DNA from: Candidatus Thorarchaeota archaeon
GTDB taxonomy: Archaea; Asgardarchaeota; Thorarchaeia; Thorarchaeales; Thorarchaeaceae
Direction of reading: 5' to 3'
NCBI GenBank assembly: GCA_004524445.1
Contig: SDNP01000011.1
Location: 4,943 to 68,942, forward strand
DNA: 64,000 nt
Below, piece after piece: positions 54,459 to 63,222 of this stretch (position 1 is the first letter of the stretch; each line of letters begins with the position of its first letter). The notes under the pieces were generated by a model. It was given only the letters and a program-made list of their open reading frames with translations. It was not told the origin of the DNA and made no database searches. A program made the position numbers and the translations under genes.

Positions 54459-54995
54459 TTAGTAGGTGAATTCGATTTCGCTTGGTTCTGTAGTCAGAGT
54501 GTACCAGTTCATGTTATTCCACGTAAAGGAGACCCTGGCATAGAAATAGGTGCCCTCTTCAAGATTGGGGGAGAATATCTCGTCATCTCTATCTGAGTAG
54601 TGTAAAATGACACTCTCTCCAGGTTCAACGCTATAGGGTAGCTCTTGTGAGGGCGATAAGAAAAGCGAGAGGGTCACTAGCGCCTCGGAGGTGTTATTGT
54701 AGTAAATCGTCATTGTGATTGCGCTGAAATTGTGGAAATCGAGTATACTCTGTCCGGTGTTTGTGACGTTGATTCTGACGGATGAAAAAAATGGTGGTCC
54801 TTCTTCCGGGATGATAGGCATGAAGTCTTGCGCGAACGATGCCTCTGCACGAATCAGGAAATCGCCCCACATCATTTGGTCAGCCTTTTCGTCGGGCGGA
54901 GACGAGGGCGGAGGGCTCAACAAAAGGGCAGTAGCAACGATTCCAACAGCCACTATCAAGACGATTCCCGCAGCAAGTATGTTCCTTTGATTCAT
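54459..54995 (-). CDS. membrane-anchored extracytoplasmic protein, hypothetical
   Basis: MNQRNILAAGIVLIVAVGIVATALLL is followed by a beta-rich region of about 150 aa. Confidence 0.45.
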   Translation of the reverse strand: MNQRNILAAGIVLIVAVGIVATALLLSPPPSSPPDEKADQMMWGDFLIRAEASFAQDFMPIIPEEGPPFFSSVRINVTNTGQSILDFHNFSAITMTIYYNNTSEALVTLSLFLSPSQELPYSVEPGESVILHYSDRDDEIFSPNLEEGTYFYARVSFTWNNMNWYTLTTEPSEIEFTY

Positions 54996-55135
54996 TTCCT
55001 TACGCCTTACAGTAGGGAATGAAAGAATATGATTCTGATGGTTAGAGTGTCGCATAGTGATGTCCAGATAACGATAGGATTCGGAAACCCCTTATTCGAG
55101 TTCTCAGTGGGATAATTCGCACCTTTCTGCAATAA

Positions 55136-55912
55136 TCAATGGTCTATAGTCCCGTTGAACTCCTCGGGGATAACAAAGATACCTCCAGAGTACTCAATAG
55201 TATTGACTTTCACATTGTACACAAACTCGATTGCCTCTGGAGTCAAAACCTCCAAGCCACCCTGTACGAAGATTTCTCCGTCATTCAACATCACAATCCG
55301 ATCACAGAATTTCAAAGCCAGGTTCAGATTATGGAGAGCCATCACTGCTGAGAGACCGTCACGAGTCTGGTTTCTTATCAGCTTCAGCACCTCCAGCTGA
55401 TGTTTCAGGTCCAAATTGGAGGTTGGTTCATCCAAAAGGAGGATATTTGGCTGTTGAGCGAGTGCTCGACCTATTACAACCTTCTGTCTTTCGCCCCCAC
55501 TCAATTCAGTGATATTTCGTAACGCAAATTGTTCGAGATTCAGCATTTCTAATAATTGCGAAACAACCCGCAAATCCTTGCTTGTTGGTGCCCATTGAAT
55601 ATGTGGCTTTCGACCCAATAACAGAGTGTCAAACACCGTGTTCGGAAAAATACGTCCGTTGTGTTGCGGGACATAGCCCATGATTCTTGCAATGTCGTTG
55701 CGCCCATATTCTTGCATGGATTTTCCGTCTATCAGTATGCTACCGTTTTGGGGCTGAAGGATACCATTGATACATTTTAGCAGCGTTGTCTTTCCTGACC
55801 CATTAGGCCCGAGAATTGCAAGGAATTCGCCTGCCTTGAGATTGAATGTGATGTCATTCAGTATAGGTTTGTTATTGTAACGAAATGATATACTATTAAC
55901 TTCGAGTTTCAC
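55136..55912 (-). CDS. ABC transporter ATP-binding protein (iron-siderophore/cobalamin FepC/BtuD type)
   Basis: GPNGSGKTT, LSGGERQKV and ILLLDEPTSNLD are present. The start overlaps the permease stop by 4 nt. Confidence 0.9.
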   Translation of the reverse strand: MKLEVNSISFRYNNKPILNDITFNLKAGEFLAILGPNGSGKTTLLKCINGILQPQNGSILIDGKSMQEYGRNDIARIMGYVPQHNGRIFPNTVFDTLLLGRKPHIQWAPTSKDLRVVSQLLEMLNLEQFALRNITELSGGERQKVVIGRALAQQPNILLLDEPTSNLDLKHQLEVLKLIRNQTRDGLSAVMALHNLNLALKFCDRIVMLNDGEIFVQGGLEVLTPEAIEFVYNVKVNTIEYSGGIFVIPEEFNGTIDH

Positions 55913-56925
55913 CAGTATCTCCTCCCAACGATTACAAGGTACAGAAACAAAGGCGCACCCAAAAATGATGTCAGAATTCCAACAGGCAGAATGACAGGGG
56001 AGAGAATAGTCCTAGCGACACTGTCAGATACTAGCAATAAGATAGAACCCACAATACAGGATGCGGGCATCAAGAATCTGTCATCGCCCCCGATTGTCTT
56101 ACGAATGATATGAGGGACCACCAATCCGATGAAGCCAATTATACCTGTGAATGAAACGATTAGTGCGGTCACTAAGGAAGCGACAAACAGGCTCGTGATT
56201 CTGACTCTTTCTACATCTACTCCTAGGCTCTTTGCGGTGGCATCTCCACTGACTAGTGCCTTGTAATTCCAGACGTTATAAAGAAAGAAGATGATAGACG
56301 GTAGCACAACTATTGCCATAATCGACAGCTCATTCCAGGATACTCTGCTTAAATCACCAAACATCCAAAAGACAATAGCAGAGAGCTGCAGATCTTCAGC
56401 GAAGTATTTCAAGGATGCGAGTCCTGCGGTAAATAAGGAGCCAAGAGCAACACCCGATAGAATCATGGTCTCCGGCGATGCCCCCCTATATTTTGCAAGC
56501 AGAATGATTATTGCTACCGCAACTAATGAAAATCCAAAAGCACAGATAGACACTAGGTACGGAATGCTCTGCAAAGTAGGATTTGTTCCCACCCCTAGCA
56601 CCACGAATGCGAATGCGGCCCCAAAGCCTGCAGAATGAGAGATTCCAAGTGTATAAGGAGACCCCAACGGATTCATGAGAATACTCTGCATGACTGCGCC
56701 GGCCACTGCCAGACCCATTCCTGCAAGAATAGCAGCGATTACCCGAGGAAGACGGATATGCCAGATAATGATGCTAGTGGGTCCACTGTCCTGCCCCAAT
56801 AATATCAGGAAGACCTCGTAGGGATCGATTTGGACTGTCCCTATGCAAATGGATGCAATAGCGACTACAATGAGAATAATGAAGCAGAGGAGTAGGAAGA
56901 GGGTCTTCTTTCGAATCTGCCCCAA
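55909..56925 (-). CDS. FecCD/BtuC-family ABC permease
   Basis: RLPRVIAAILAGMGLAVAGAVMQ and GIIGFIGLVVPHIIR are present. Confidence 0.9.
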   Translation of the reverse strand: MGQIRKKTLFLLLCFIILIVVAIASICIGTVQIDPYEVFLILLGQDSGPTSIIIWHIRLPRVIAAILAGMGLAVAGAVMQSILMNPLGSPYTLGISHSAGFGAAFAFVVLGVGTNPTLQSIPYLVSICAFGFSLVAVAIIILLAKYRGASPETMILSGVALGSLFTAGLASLKYFAEDLQLSAIVFWMFGDLSRVSWNELSIMAIVVLPSIIFFLYNVWNYKALVSGDATAKSLGVDVERVRITSLFVASLVTALIVSFTGIIGFIGLVVPHIIRKTIGGDDRFLMPASCIVGSILLLVSDSVARTILSPVILPVGILTSFLGAPLFLYLVIVGRRYW

Positions 56926-56933
56926 GTAAGCAT

Positions 56934-58088
56934 CTATGGTTTTATTGTTGGAGCCCAGAAAAGTTCACCTACTGTATCCAATTGAATCTTTTTGAATCCG
57001 CCCATCGCATCCGCCATCTGGTCATATACCGCCTCGCCAACTAAGAAGGAAAAAATCTCATCAGCTTTGGCCTCGGGGTCTATGTCGCTGAATTTTGTTG
57101 AATTGAGTGTCTTTCCAACATAGTAAGCATCTGCAAATACAACACCATGGTTTAACCCGTACCTTGGATAGGGAAACAGACCATAGACCTCACCAGACAC
57201 GATGGCACTCAAGTTGCTGAATTTGGGATCCGTGATATCTTCAAGAACTAAAGGCAGGTTGACCTCATCAACGAAGATTATGTCGGGATCCCAATCTATC
57301 AGCTGTTCTGCGTCAATCTCAACAGTATTTGACAACGAGTCAATATCGCCAGCCACGTTCTTAGATTTGGTGAGAACAAAAGGCGGATACGCCCTCTGGG
57401 TCATGGTCAATCCAAATGAACCCTTTCTCGACAGTCCACCAACATACACTGTTGGCTTGGTGTTGTCTGGAATCTCATCTGTTCTCTCTTTGAGATCCTC
57501 AGCAAGAGATTTTACGTAGGATATCACGTTCCCAGCCCGATTTTCTTTACCCATGATAGCTCCGACAATCCGTAATGACTCATAGAAATCATTGCGGTCA
57601 TCGCTATAGTTGAGAGGTTCCGACGCTCCTTCGCCTGGGCGGACTACTACAACGGGAATGAGGGTATTCTCTTGAATCCTATTGGCGTCCTCGGCGGTGT
57701 AATATGATGCAACTATCACATCCGGGGCAAGACTGATAATGACCTCCATATTCACGCTATCGCTGGATTCTATCTCCGTAAGATTGGTCAAGGAAGGCTC
57801 AGCAAGCAGATACGGGAGAACATATCTCAGTTTAAGGTCAGTTGCACCTCGCCCCACTATCATCTCCGAGCACTCAAGATATACTAAAGTCCGGAGAGCA
57901 CCAATACCAATCCCCGCAACTCGCTCAACCTGTTGAGGAACTTCTACTTCTCTTTCCAGAATGTCCGTTATCTGGCGTGGGTCGCCAACCGGATTTGCAC
58001 TCTGAAGGAGAAGTCCAACACTGAGAACTGAGATGATAACTATGGACATGATTACTACTGTGGCGGTCAACCCTTTTTTGGTCATCAT
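56934..58088 (-). CDS. ABC substrate-binding protein (class III, BtuF/FepB-like), membrane-anchored
   Basis: The N-terminal anchor MMTKKGLTATVVIMSIVIISVL is followed by LAPDVIVA and DPDIIFV motifs. The track start at 58166 is probably too early. Confidence 0.8.
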   Translation of the reverse strand: MMTKKGLTATVVIMSIVIISVLSVGLLLQSANPVGDPRQITDILEREVEVPQQVERVAGIGIGALRTLVYLECSEMIVGRGATDLKLRYVLPYLLAEPSLTNLTEIESSDSVNMEVIISLAPDVIVASYYTAEDANRIQENTLIPVVVVRPGEGASEPLNYSDDRNDFYESLRIVGAIMGKENRAGNVISYVKSLAEDLKERTDEIPDNTKPTVYVGGLSRKGSFGLTMTQRAYPPFVLTKSKNVAGDIDSLSNTVEIDAEQLIDWDPDIIFVDEVNLPLVLEDITDPKFSNLSAIVSGEVYGLFPYPRYGLNHGVVFADAYYVGKTLNSTKFSDIDPEAKADEIFSFLVGEAVYDQMADAMGGFKKIQLDTVGELFWAPTIKP

Positions 58089-58597
58089 GAACGTGTCTTT
58101 CTCCTGCGCGATGCAAATTATACCGTAGCAACTTTTTGAGATTCGTGTTACTCGGCTTGGTGTCAACTATATATTCTTTTGCAATGCTCAGCTAAAGGGA
58201 CAAAAACTGGTATTTCTTCTTACTAATGGTTGAAATCATTCAAACTGTATCTTGATTGATTTGACAGAATGAGCCTGACAATCGTTGGATTGCCTAACTC
58301 AAACTCCATCGGACTCATCATTTGGTTCAGCAGAGAATTCACAAATTCTGAAACCACTGTATATTATCTTGGCTCCATCCTACTCACCATAATCATTGGT
58401 ATGCCTACACCCTTCTTACTCTTGATTTCATTGGTAGTGATCAAGTTCTATCACCCGCCAAGAACAGAGGGCAGAGGGCTTAATGAAGAAGGCTGAACTT
58501 GTAAGGATGTGAGAGATGATAATGAAAAAACAGATAGAAGGGAGAGAATAACGGATTACCCATCTCGATTTTGTCGCCCTGACTGAATTCGTTCAAC

Positions 58598-58774
58598 CTA
58601 TTCACCAATTTCAGGGACTACATTGAATAGGTCGCCAATAAAGCTGAAGTTTGCTACGCCAAAGATTGGTACATCGCAGTCCAAGATCCAGAGATTTGAT
58701 GAGGGCAAGACTTGCTTCATGAGAGGATATGCCGGATTTATATCCAAAGACTGTACATAGACTACCGTACTCAT
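58598..58774 (-). CDS. 58-aa small ORF (MSTVVYVQSLDINPAYPLMKQVLPSSNLWILDCDVPIFGVANFSFIGDLFNVVPEIGE), paralogous to the fragment at 59797..59949
   Basis: The sequence is a hand translation. The ORF is too short for the ORF track and has no clear SD motif. Confidence 0.25.
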   Translation of the reverse strand: MSTVVYVQSLDINPAYPLMKQVLPSSNLWILDCDVPIFGVANFSFIGDLFNVVPEIGE

Positions 58775-58796
58775 TTAGCTTAGGAGTTGTCAGAAC

Positions 58797-59687
58797 GTGC
58801 AGACATGTCCAAAATGTGGGAGAGCAAACGATGTGACGAGGAAGTTCTGCGTTCGTTGCGGGGCCTCTCTGCTAAAGAAAAAAGAACAACCGACACAAGA
58901 ACCTGCCAAGGTTCCCGAACCTGAACCAGTGCCGTTAGAAACTGCTGAATCTGAAGAAGCTAGCGTAAAGCATCCAAGTGGGGTTCCCCCCGATTTAGTG
59001 AAACCTGAAGAAGCTGAGCCGGCCGAGTCATATGTGCTGGACCAGGAGAGCGGTAAGGCAGTCGTCAAGGATATCCTTGAGCGGGTAAGGGCAGCAAAGG
59101 CGGGTTCAGAGGCAGAACCTGAAGAAATCGAGCCCGAAGCAAAGGTAGAGGCCGTTAAGGAACGACCCGTTGAGGAGCCAAGGGCTGAGCAAGAGATTGA
59201 GCCCCCCTCACCTAAGCCGGCGCCCCCGCAACCTAAAGAGGCCAAGATTCCTGATGATGTTCCGACTGCGCCTCCAGCAGCTGTTCCAGAACCTGTCGAT
59301 GAAGTCGCAAGAGATGAGAAGATCAGAAGTATTGACTCGGACCTCAAGACATACAACATTGAACTAGGACAACTGAATTCTGAGCTGGATAGTCTGCGGG
59401 CTCGCCTTAACGATGAGGTTGACCGCTATCTCACTGTTGCCGAAACCAAACGAACTCGCTTTGAGGGTCTGAAGAGAGAGCTTGACCTCGCAAAGAAGGA
59501 GCATAAAGAAGCAAATAAACAGCACAAGAAGGCGGAGAAACGTCGGAAGAAGGAACTGTCAACGGCGGAGAAGCGTATCCGGGACGTAGAAAAACGAATC
59601 AAGAAGGCGAAGAAGGCCAGAAAGAAACGAGTTGAAAAACTGGAGAAGGAGAAACGAAAACGAGAAGAAGAGGCAGCCAAGGACTAG
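58797..59687 (+). CDS. zinc-ribbon protein with a Pro/Glu-rich linker and a Lys/Arg-rich coiled-coil C-terminus
   Basis: AGGAG lies 10 nt before the GTG. CPKCGRANDVTRKFCVRCG is followed by a PE-rich low-complexity stretch, then heptad-like KKELSTAEKRIRDVEKRIKKAKKARKKRVEKLEKEKRKREEE. Confidence 0.65.
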   Translation: MQTCPKCGRANDVTRKFCVRCGASLLKKKEQPTQEPAKVPEPEPVPLETAESEEASVKHPSGVPPDLVKPEEAEPAESYVLDQESGKAVVKDILERVRAAKAGSEAEPEEIEPEAKVEAVKERPVEEPRAEQEIEPPSPKPAPPQPKEAKIPDDVPTAPPAAVPEPVDEVARDEKIRSIDSDLKTYNIELGQLNSELDSLRARLNDEVDRYLTVAETKRTRFEGLKRELDLAKKEHKEANKQHKKAEKRRKKELSTAEKRIRDVEKRIKKAKKARKKRVEKLEKEKRKREEEAAKD

Positions 59688-59796
59688 AGGTTTCTTTCCG
59701 ATATACATGGATATACTTCGCCCTATTACACCATTTCTCGATGGTATAGGCATTGAAGGATCGAGAAGGGAGAATAACAGCTCTGCCCTTTCGATT

Positions 59797-59949
59797 CTAT
59801 TGCTTTAATTGAATTCTTTCAGTTTTCTTAGTGATTTCAGAAACTTCATCATACAGGTCGACTATGATGCTGAAATCGCCCACATTATGAATTAGGACAT
59901 CAGATTTGTTTTGGTGATAACGATGGAATCCGATGCCATATACTTGATA
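59797..59949 (-). pseudogene. start-less 50-codon fragment paralogous to the 58598..58774 ORF
   Basis: The frame reads YQVYGIGFHRYHQNKSDVLIHNVGDFSIIVDLYDEVSEITKKTERIQLKQ-stop. It has no start codon after the upstream in-frame stop. Confidence 0.25.
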
Positions 59950-60018
59950 TTAAATATCCCTATTTAACAGGAATATTAAATAGAGAACGTCAATTTTGAA
60001 AATAGTTCAAATTTCAAA

Positions 60019-60498
60019 GTGAGGCAGATTGCGTTGACTAAGAGTGTTGACTTGGATGACCTAGATATTGCAATTCTACGAGAACTGCAAGAAGATTGTA
60101 GAACACCGCTGCAGGAAATCGGCAAGAGAAATGAAGTATCTATGTCCACTATTCATTATCGAGTTAAACGACTTGAGCGGGAAGGCGTAATCGAGGGATA
60201 CCATGCCAAAATTAACCCTGAGAAAATGAATCTTGAGTATATAACAGCAATAAGAGTTTGTGCTGATTACTCAACAGGGTACTATGAGCAGATGGCTGAA
60301 GAATTAGCAGAAATTCCTGGAGTATGGGCGGTATACTTTGTGCTAGGTGACTATGATTTCCTAGTGTTAACTCGGTCAGGAGATAGAGAAGCTTTTCTGG
60401 AGATAATCCATAATATCCTCAAGATGAAAAGCGTGAGGAAAACATCAACTCAAGTTGTGGCAAAACTAATCAAAGAGGACTCGCATTTGGAGTTCTAA
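60019..60498 (+). CDS. Lrp/AsnC family transcriptional regulator
   Basis: LDDLDIAILRELQEDCRTPLQEIGKRNEVSMSTIHYRVKRLEREGVIEGYHAKINPEKM is followed by a RAM domain. Confidence 0.85.
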   Translation: MRQIALTKSVDLDDLDIAILRELQEDCRTPLQEIGKRNEVSMSTIHYRVKRLEREGVIEGYHAKINPEKMNLEYITAIRVCADYSTGYYEQMAEELAEIPGVWAVYFVLGDYDFLVLTRSGDREAFLEIIHNILKMKSVRKTSTQVVAKLIKEDSHLEF

Positions 60499-60650
60499 TA
60501 GCACGGAGATTCTACATGCGGCATAGGTTACACGCATATTTTGCAGCGACTAAATAGTGTCCGTCCGAAAATGACATTACTCCTTCCATTTATTAGCAAG
60601 CAAACACACAAAAAGGCTAGGTCACTGTAAGTCAGACGGAAGCTCTATTG

Positions 60651-61787
60651 ATGTCATCGGCTGATAGAAGTCGCGTTCTTAATCTTGCAAAATCGCTGAT
60701 AATGACAAAATCGGAGAATCCACCTGGCCATGAGCATGAGGTTGCTTCTATAATTCGCAATCATCTGGAATCTTATGGAATAAGCTGCAAGCAAGTTGGC
60801 AATCCCAAAAGGCCCAATCTAATATTTTCTACCAGTGAAAATATCAACGGAAAGCTGCTTTTACACGGTCATATGGATACAGTACCTGCAGGAAGTCTCA
60901 AAGAATGGAATATGGACCCTTTTGGTGCTGTTATGGAGGGCAATTCCCTTTATGGGCGAGGATCTTGCGACATGAAGGGGCCACTATCTGCGCTTGCAGA
61001 AACAATGATTCTTTATTCTCAGGAACGCCACAAAGAGCCGCTTATGATGCTTGCAACTTCAGAAGAGGAAACCACATGCGGTGGTGCAGAAGCAGCTGCT
61101 AAGAGCGATCTGCTAGAAAGTGTCAAGTACGGGATATGTGCTGAACCAACATCCTTGAATGTGCTGATTGGGGAGAAAGGTCTGTTGTGGTTAAGGCTCT
61201 CCACAAAAGGAAGAGCTGCTCATGGTTCGACTCCTGAGTTGGGCAAAAACGCAATCAAACTATGCATGAAAGCGTTGGAAGTCATATTGCAGTATGACTA
61301 TTCATTTGTAAAGAACAAAATTCTTGGAGAACCAACTATTAACCTCGGAAAGATAAGTGGTGGCAATAAGATCAATATCGTGCCTGAGGAATGCGAAGCT
61401 GAATTGGATATGCGACTAGTAAAGGGTCAAATCCCTCAAGAAATCGTAAATCAAATGAATAGCGTTTTGAAACAGCATGGAATTGAAGACGGCGTTTGTA
61501 TTGATACAATGCGATCAAAGCCTACAATTCTCACGCCAAAAGATTCAGAAATAGTCACAATGACATTAGATGCAGTGGAGAATATTTTAGGGAGCAGGCC
61601 GCCACTGGAGGCGGCTACATACGGCACTGACTGTTCTGTGTTACAACCAAAGCTCGGAATTGAGAACGTGATTTGTGGACCAGGATCAATAAAGCTAGCG
61701 CACCAGCCAAATGAGCATATCAATATTGATGAGCTCTTGAGAGCTGTCGAGATATATCAGTCAATAGCTCGAAATCTATTGGACTAG
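60651..61787 (+). CDS. M20 family metallopeptidase (ArgE/DapE-type deacylase)
   Basis: LLLHGHMDTVPAG..W..DPF and GRGSCDMKG are present. So are EEETTCGG and the dimerisation domain. Confidence 0.85.
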   Translation: MSSADRSRVLNLAKSLIMTKSENPPGHEHEVASIIRNHLESYGISCKQVGNPKRPNLIFSTSENINGKLLLHGHMDTVPAGSLKEWNMDPFGAVMEGNSLYGRGSCDMKGPLSALAETMILYSQERHKEPLMMLATSEEETTCGGAEAAAKSDLLESVKYGICAEPTSLNVLIGEKGLLWLRLSTKGRAAHGSTPELGKNAIKLCMKALEVILQYDYSFVKNKILGEPTINLGKISGGNKINIVPEECEAELDMRLVKGQIPQEIVNQMNSVLKQHGIEDGVCIDTMRSKPTILTPKDSEIVTMTLDAVENILGSRPPLEAATYGTDCSVLQPKLGIENVICGPGSIKLAHQPNEHINIDELLRAVEIYQSIARNLLD

Positions 61788-61873
61788 CGATGTTTGTTGT
61801 ATCACAGAGTGCAGGAGGTTAGAAACTAGCTACCAAATCATAGCAGCTCTCTGCCCGAAAATAAGAAAAATAA

Positions 61874-61910
61874 GGCCCGAATGAAGCTCTCTTGAGCATT
61901 CTCTCGGGCC
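61874..61910. terminator. extended imperfect hairpin (about 14 bp) between convergent genes
   Basis: In ggcccgaatgaagctc-tctt-gagcattctctcgggcc, the outer 7 bp and inner 4+3 bp were paired by hand. Confidence 0.35.
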
Positions 61911-61930
61911 AAGAGGCAAACGGAGAACGA

Positions 61931-62929
61931 TTATTCGCTTGGCGACTCACCTGATAGTTCATCAAAGCCGTATCCGAAGAACCACCAGCCTATTGTGAAG
62001 CCTACTATGAACTCCCAGAGAACAAAAACTGCCCATAGTATTAGTGCAAAGAACCAATCCACCCCGAAAAGTGGAAGAACCATTGCAGTCACGTAATATG
62101 TAGCTATAGCAGCAACTATGGATATTGCAGTACTCACTAATCCTTTAGCAGGTTGTGATACTTTTCTGAGAGGCCACATGTTTCCATAGACTACGAAGGC
62201 TAGTGTCCAGAATACTAGAATCACTGTGAAGGTGGGTCCCTGCAAGGTTGTGAAGAATGATATTCCAAACCAGTCAAGAATTATGGCATATAGCCAAGTA
62301 AAGAATCCAGCAATTGGCAAAAGCACTATTCCTTTGCCGGGTTGTTCTAGTTCTTGAAATGGCCATGTTTCAAAGAGTAGCAATTGCGAAATTGAAATCG
62401 GGAACCAAATCCAAGGGATGTCAGTACCTGTATCCAGAACCAGAAAACCTGCAACAACTGAGAAAGTCAAAATGGCTAGTCCCATCCACGGTTGCTTGAT
62501 GGGCTCTTCTCGGTTCATCTTGCCAGGCCAATAATCTAGCCAGAAAATCCACACGCCAAACATGAAAATTACATTGGTAACAAAAGGTGTGCTTACCACT
62601 ATACCTGCCATAGTTGAGATGCCATTTACGAGCATATAGACGTAAACAGCAAGAGCCATGTAGATTATTCCCAAAATCGTCATTATTACTCCTTGAGCGT
62701 ATCGATTATCCGTAATGCGATTCGCTGGCCACAGCTGAAAAACATGTCCAGTTGTGAACCACAGAAAGGCAAAACCGAAAAAGGCCCAAGCTCCAGTGAT
62801 TGCCAAGTCATACATCAGGATGTTCTGAAAGACAAACCAATAAACAGCAGTGAGTATCACTGTCACAACGACACCCACGATCCATTTGATTGGCTGTTTC
62901 CACATTGTAGGACGTTCGGTCAAATTCAT
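61931..62929 (-). CDS. Trp-rich polytopic membrane protein with a four-fold internal repeat, hypothetical
   Basis: Four copies of the motif W-P-x(4-10)-(Q)P-x-(K/Q)G-hydrophobic helix are present. The start is uncertain among 62944, 62929 and 62905. Confidence 0.6.
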   Translation of the reverse strand: MNLTERPTMWKQPIKWIVGVVVTVILTAVYWFVFQNILMYDLAITGAWAFFGFAFLWFTTGHVFQLWPANRITDNRYAQGVIMTILGIIYMALAVYVYMLVNGISTMAGIVVSTPFVTNVIFMFGVWIFWLDYWPGKMNREEPIKQPWMGLAILTFSVVAGFLVLDTGTDIPWIWFPISISQLLLFETWPFQELEQPGKGIVLLPIAGFFTWLYAIILDWFGISFFTTLQGPTFTVILVFWTLAFVVYGNMWPLRKVSQPAKGLVSTAISIVAAIATYYVTAMVLPLFGVDWFFALILWAVFVLWEFIVGFTIGWWFFGYGFDELSGESPSE

Positions 62930-63222
62930 CTCCCAACACAACATTTGTTAACAAACAGAATATATACTTTTCGCACAAATGACCAAAAAATTAGGATTTG
63001 ATTCGATTTTTGTGTCTTTGATATGAATATAATTCAATAACCGGCCGTTTAGTGGCACTAAAAGACCAATTAACGGAAGAATATATCATAGAAAGGCCTC
63101 CATAATGAATTTTATTTATTTATTGTGTCAAAATACCTAATAATAATCTAAAATGATGGGTAAAGTTTAAATCTTGTTTAGTTCAAATACAAGCTCACTA
63201 ACTTATTGGAGTTGGAGAAAAA

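Noticed and set aside
58089-58270. I looked for a riboswitch or leader upstream of the FecCD/BtuFCD-type uptake operon.
   Set aside because: I could not find conserved cobalamin-riboswitch core elements or convincing structure by eye, and such riboswitches are not expected in archaea.
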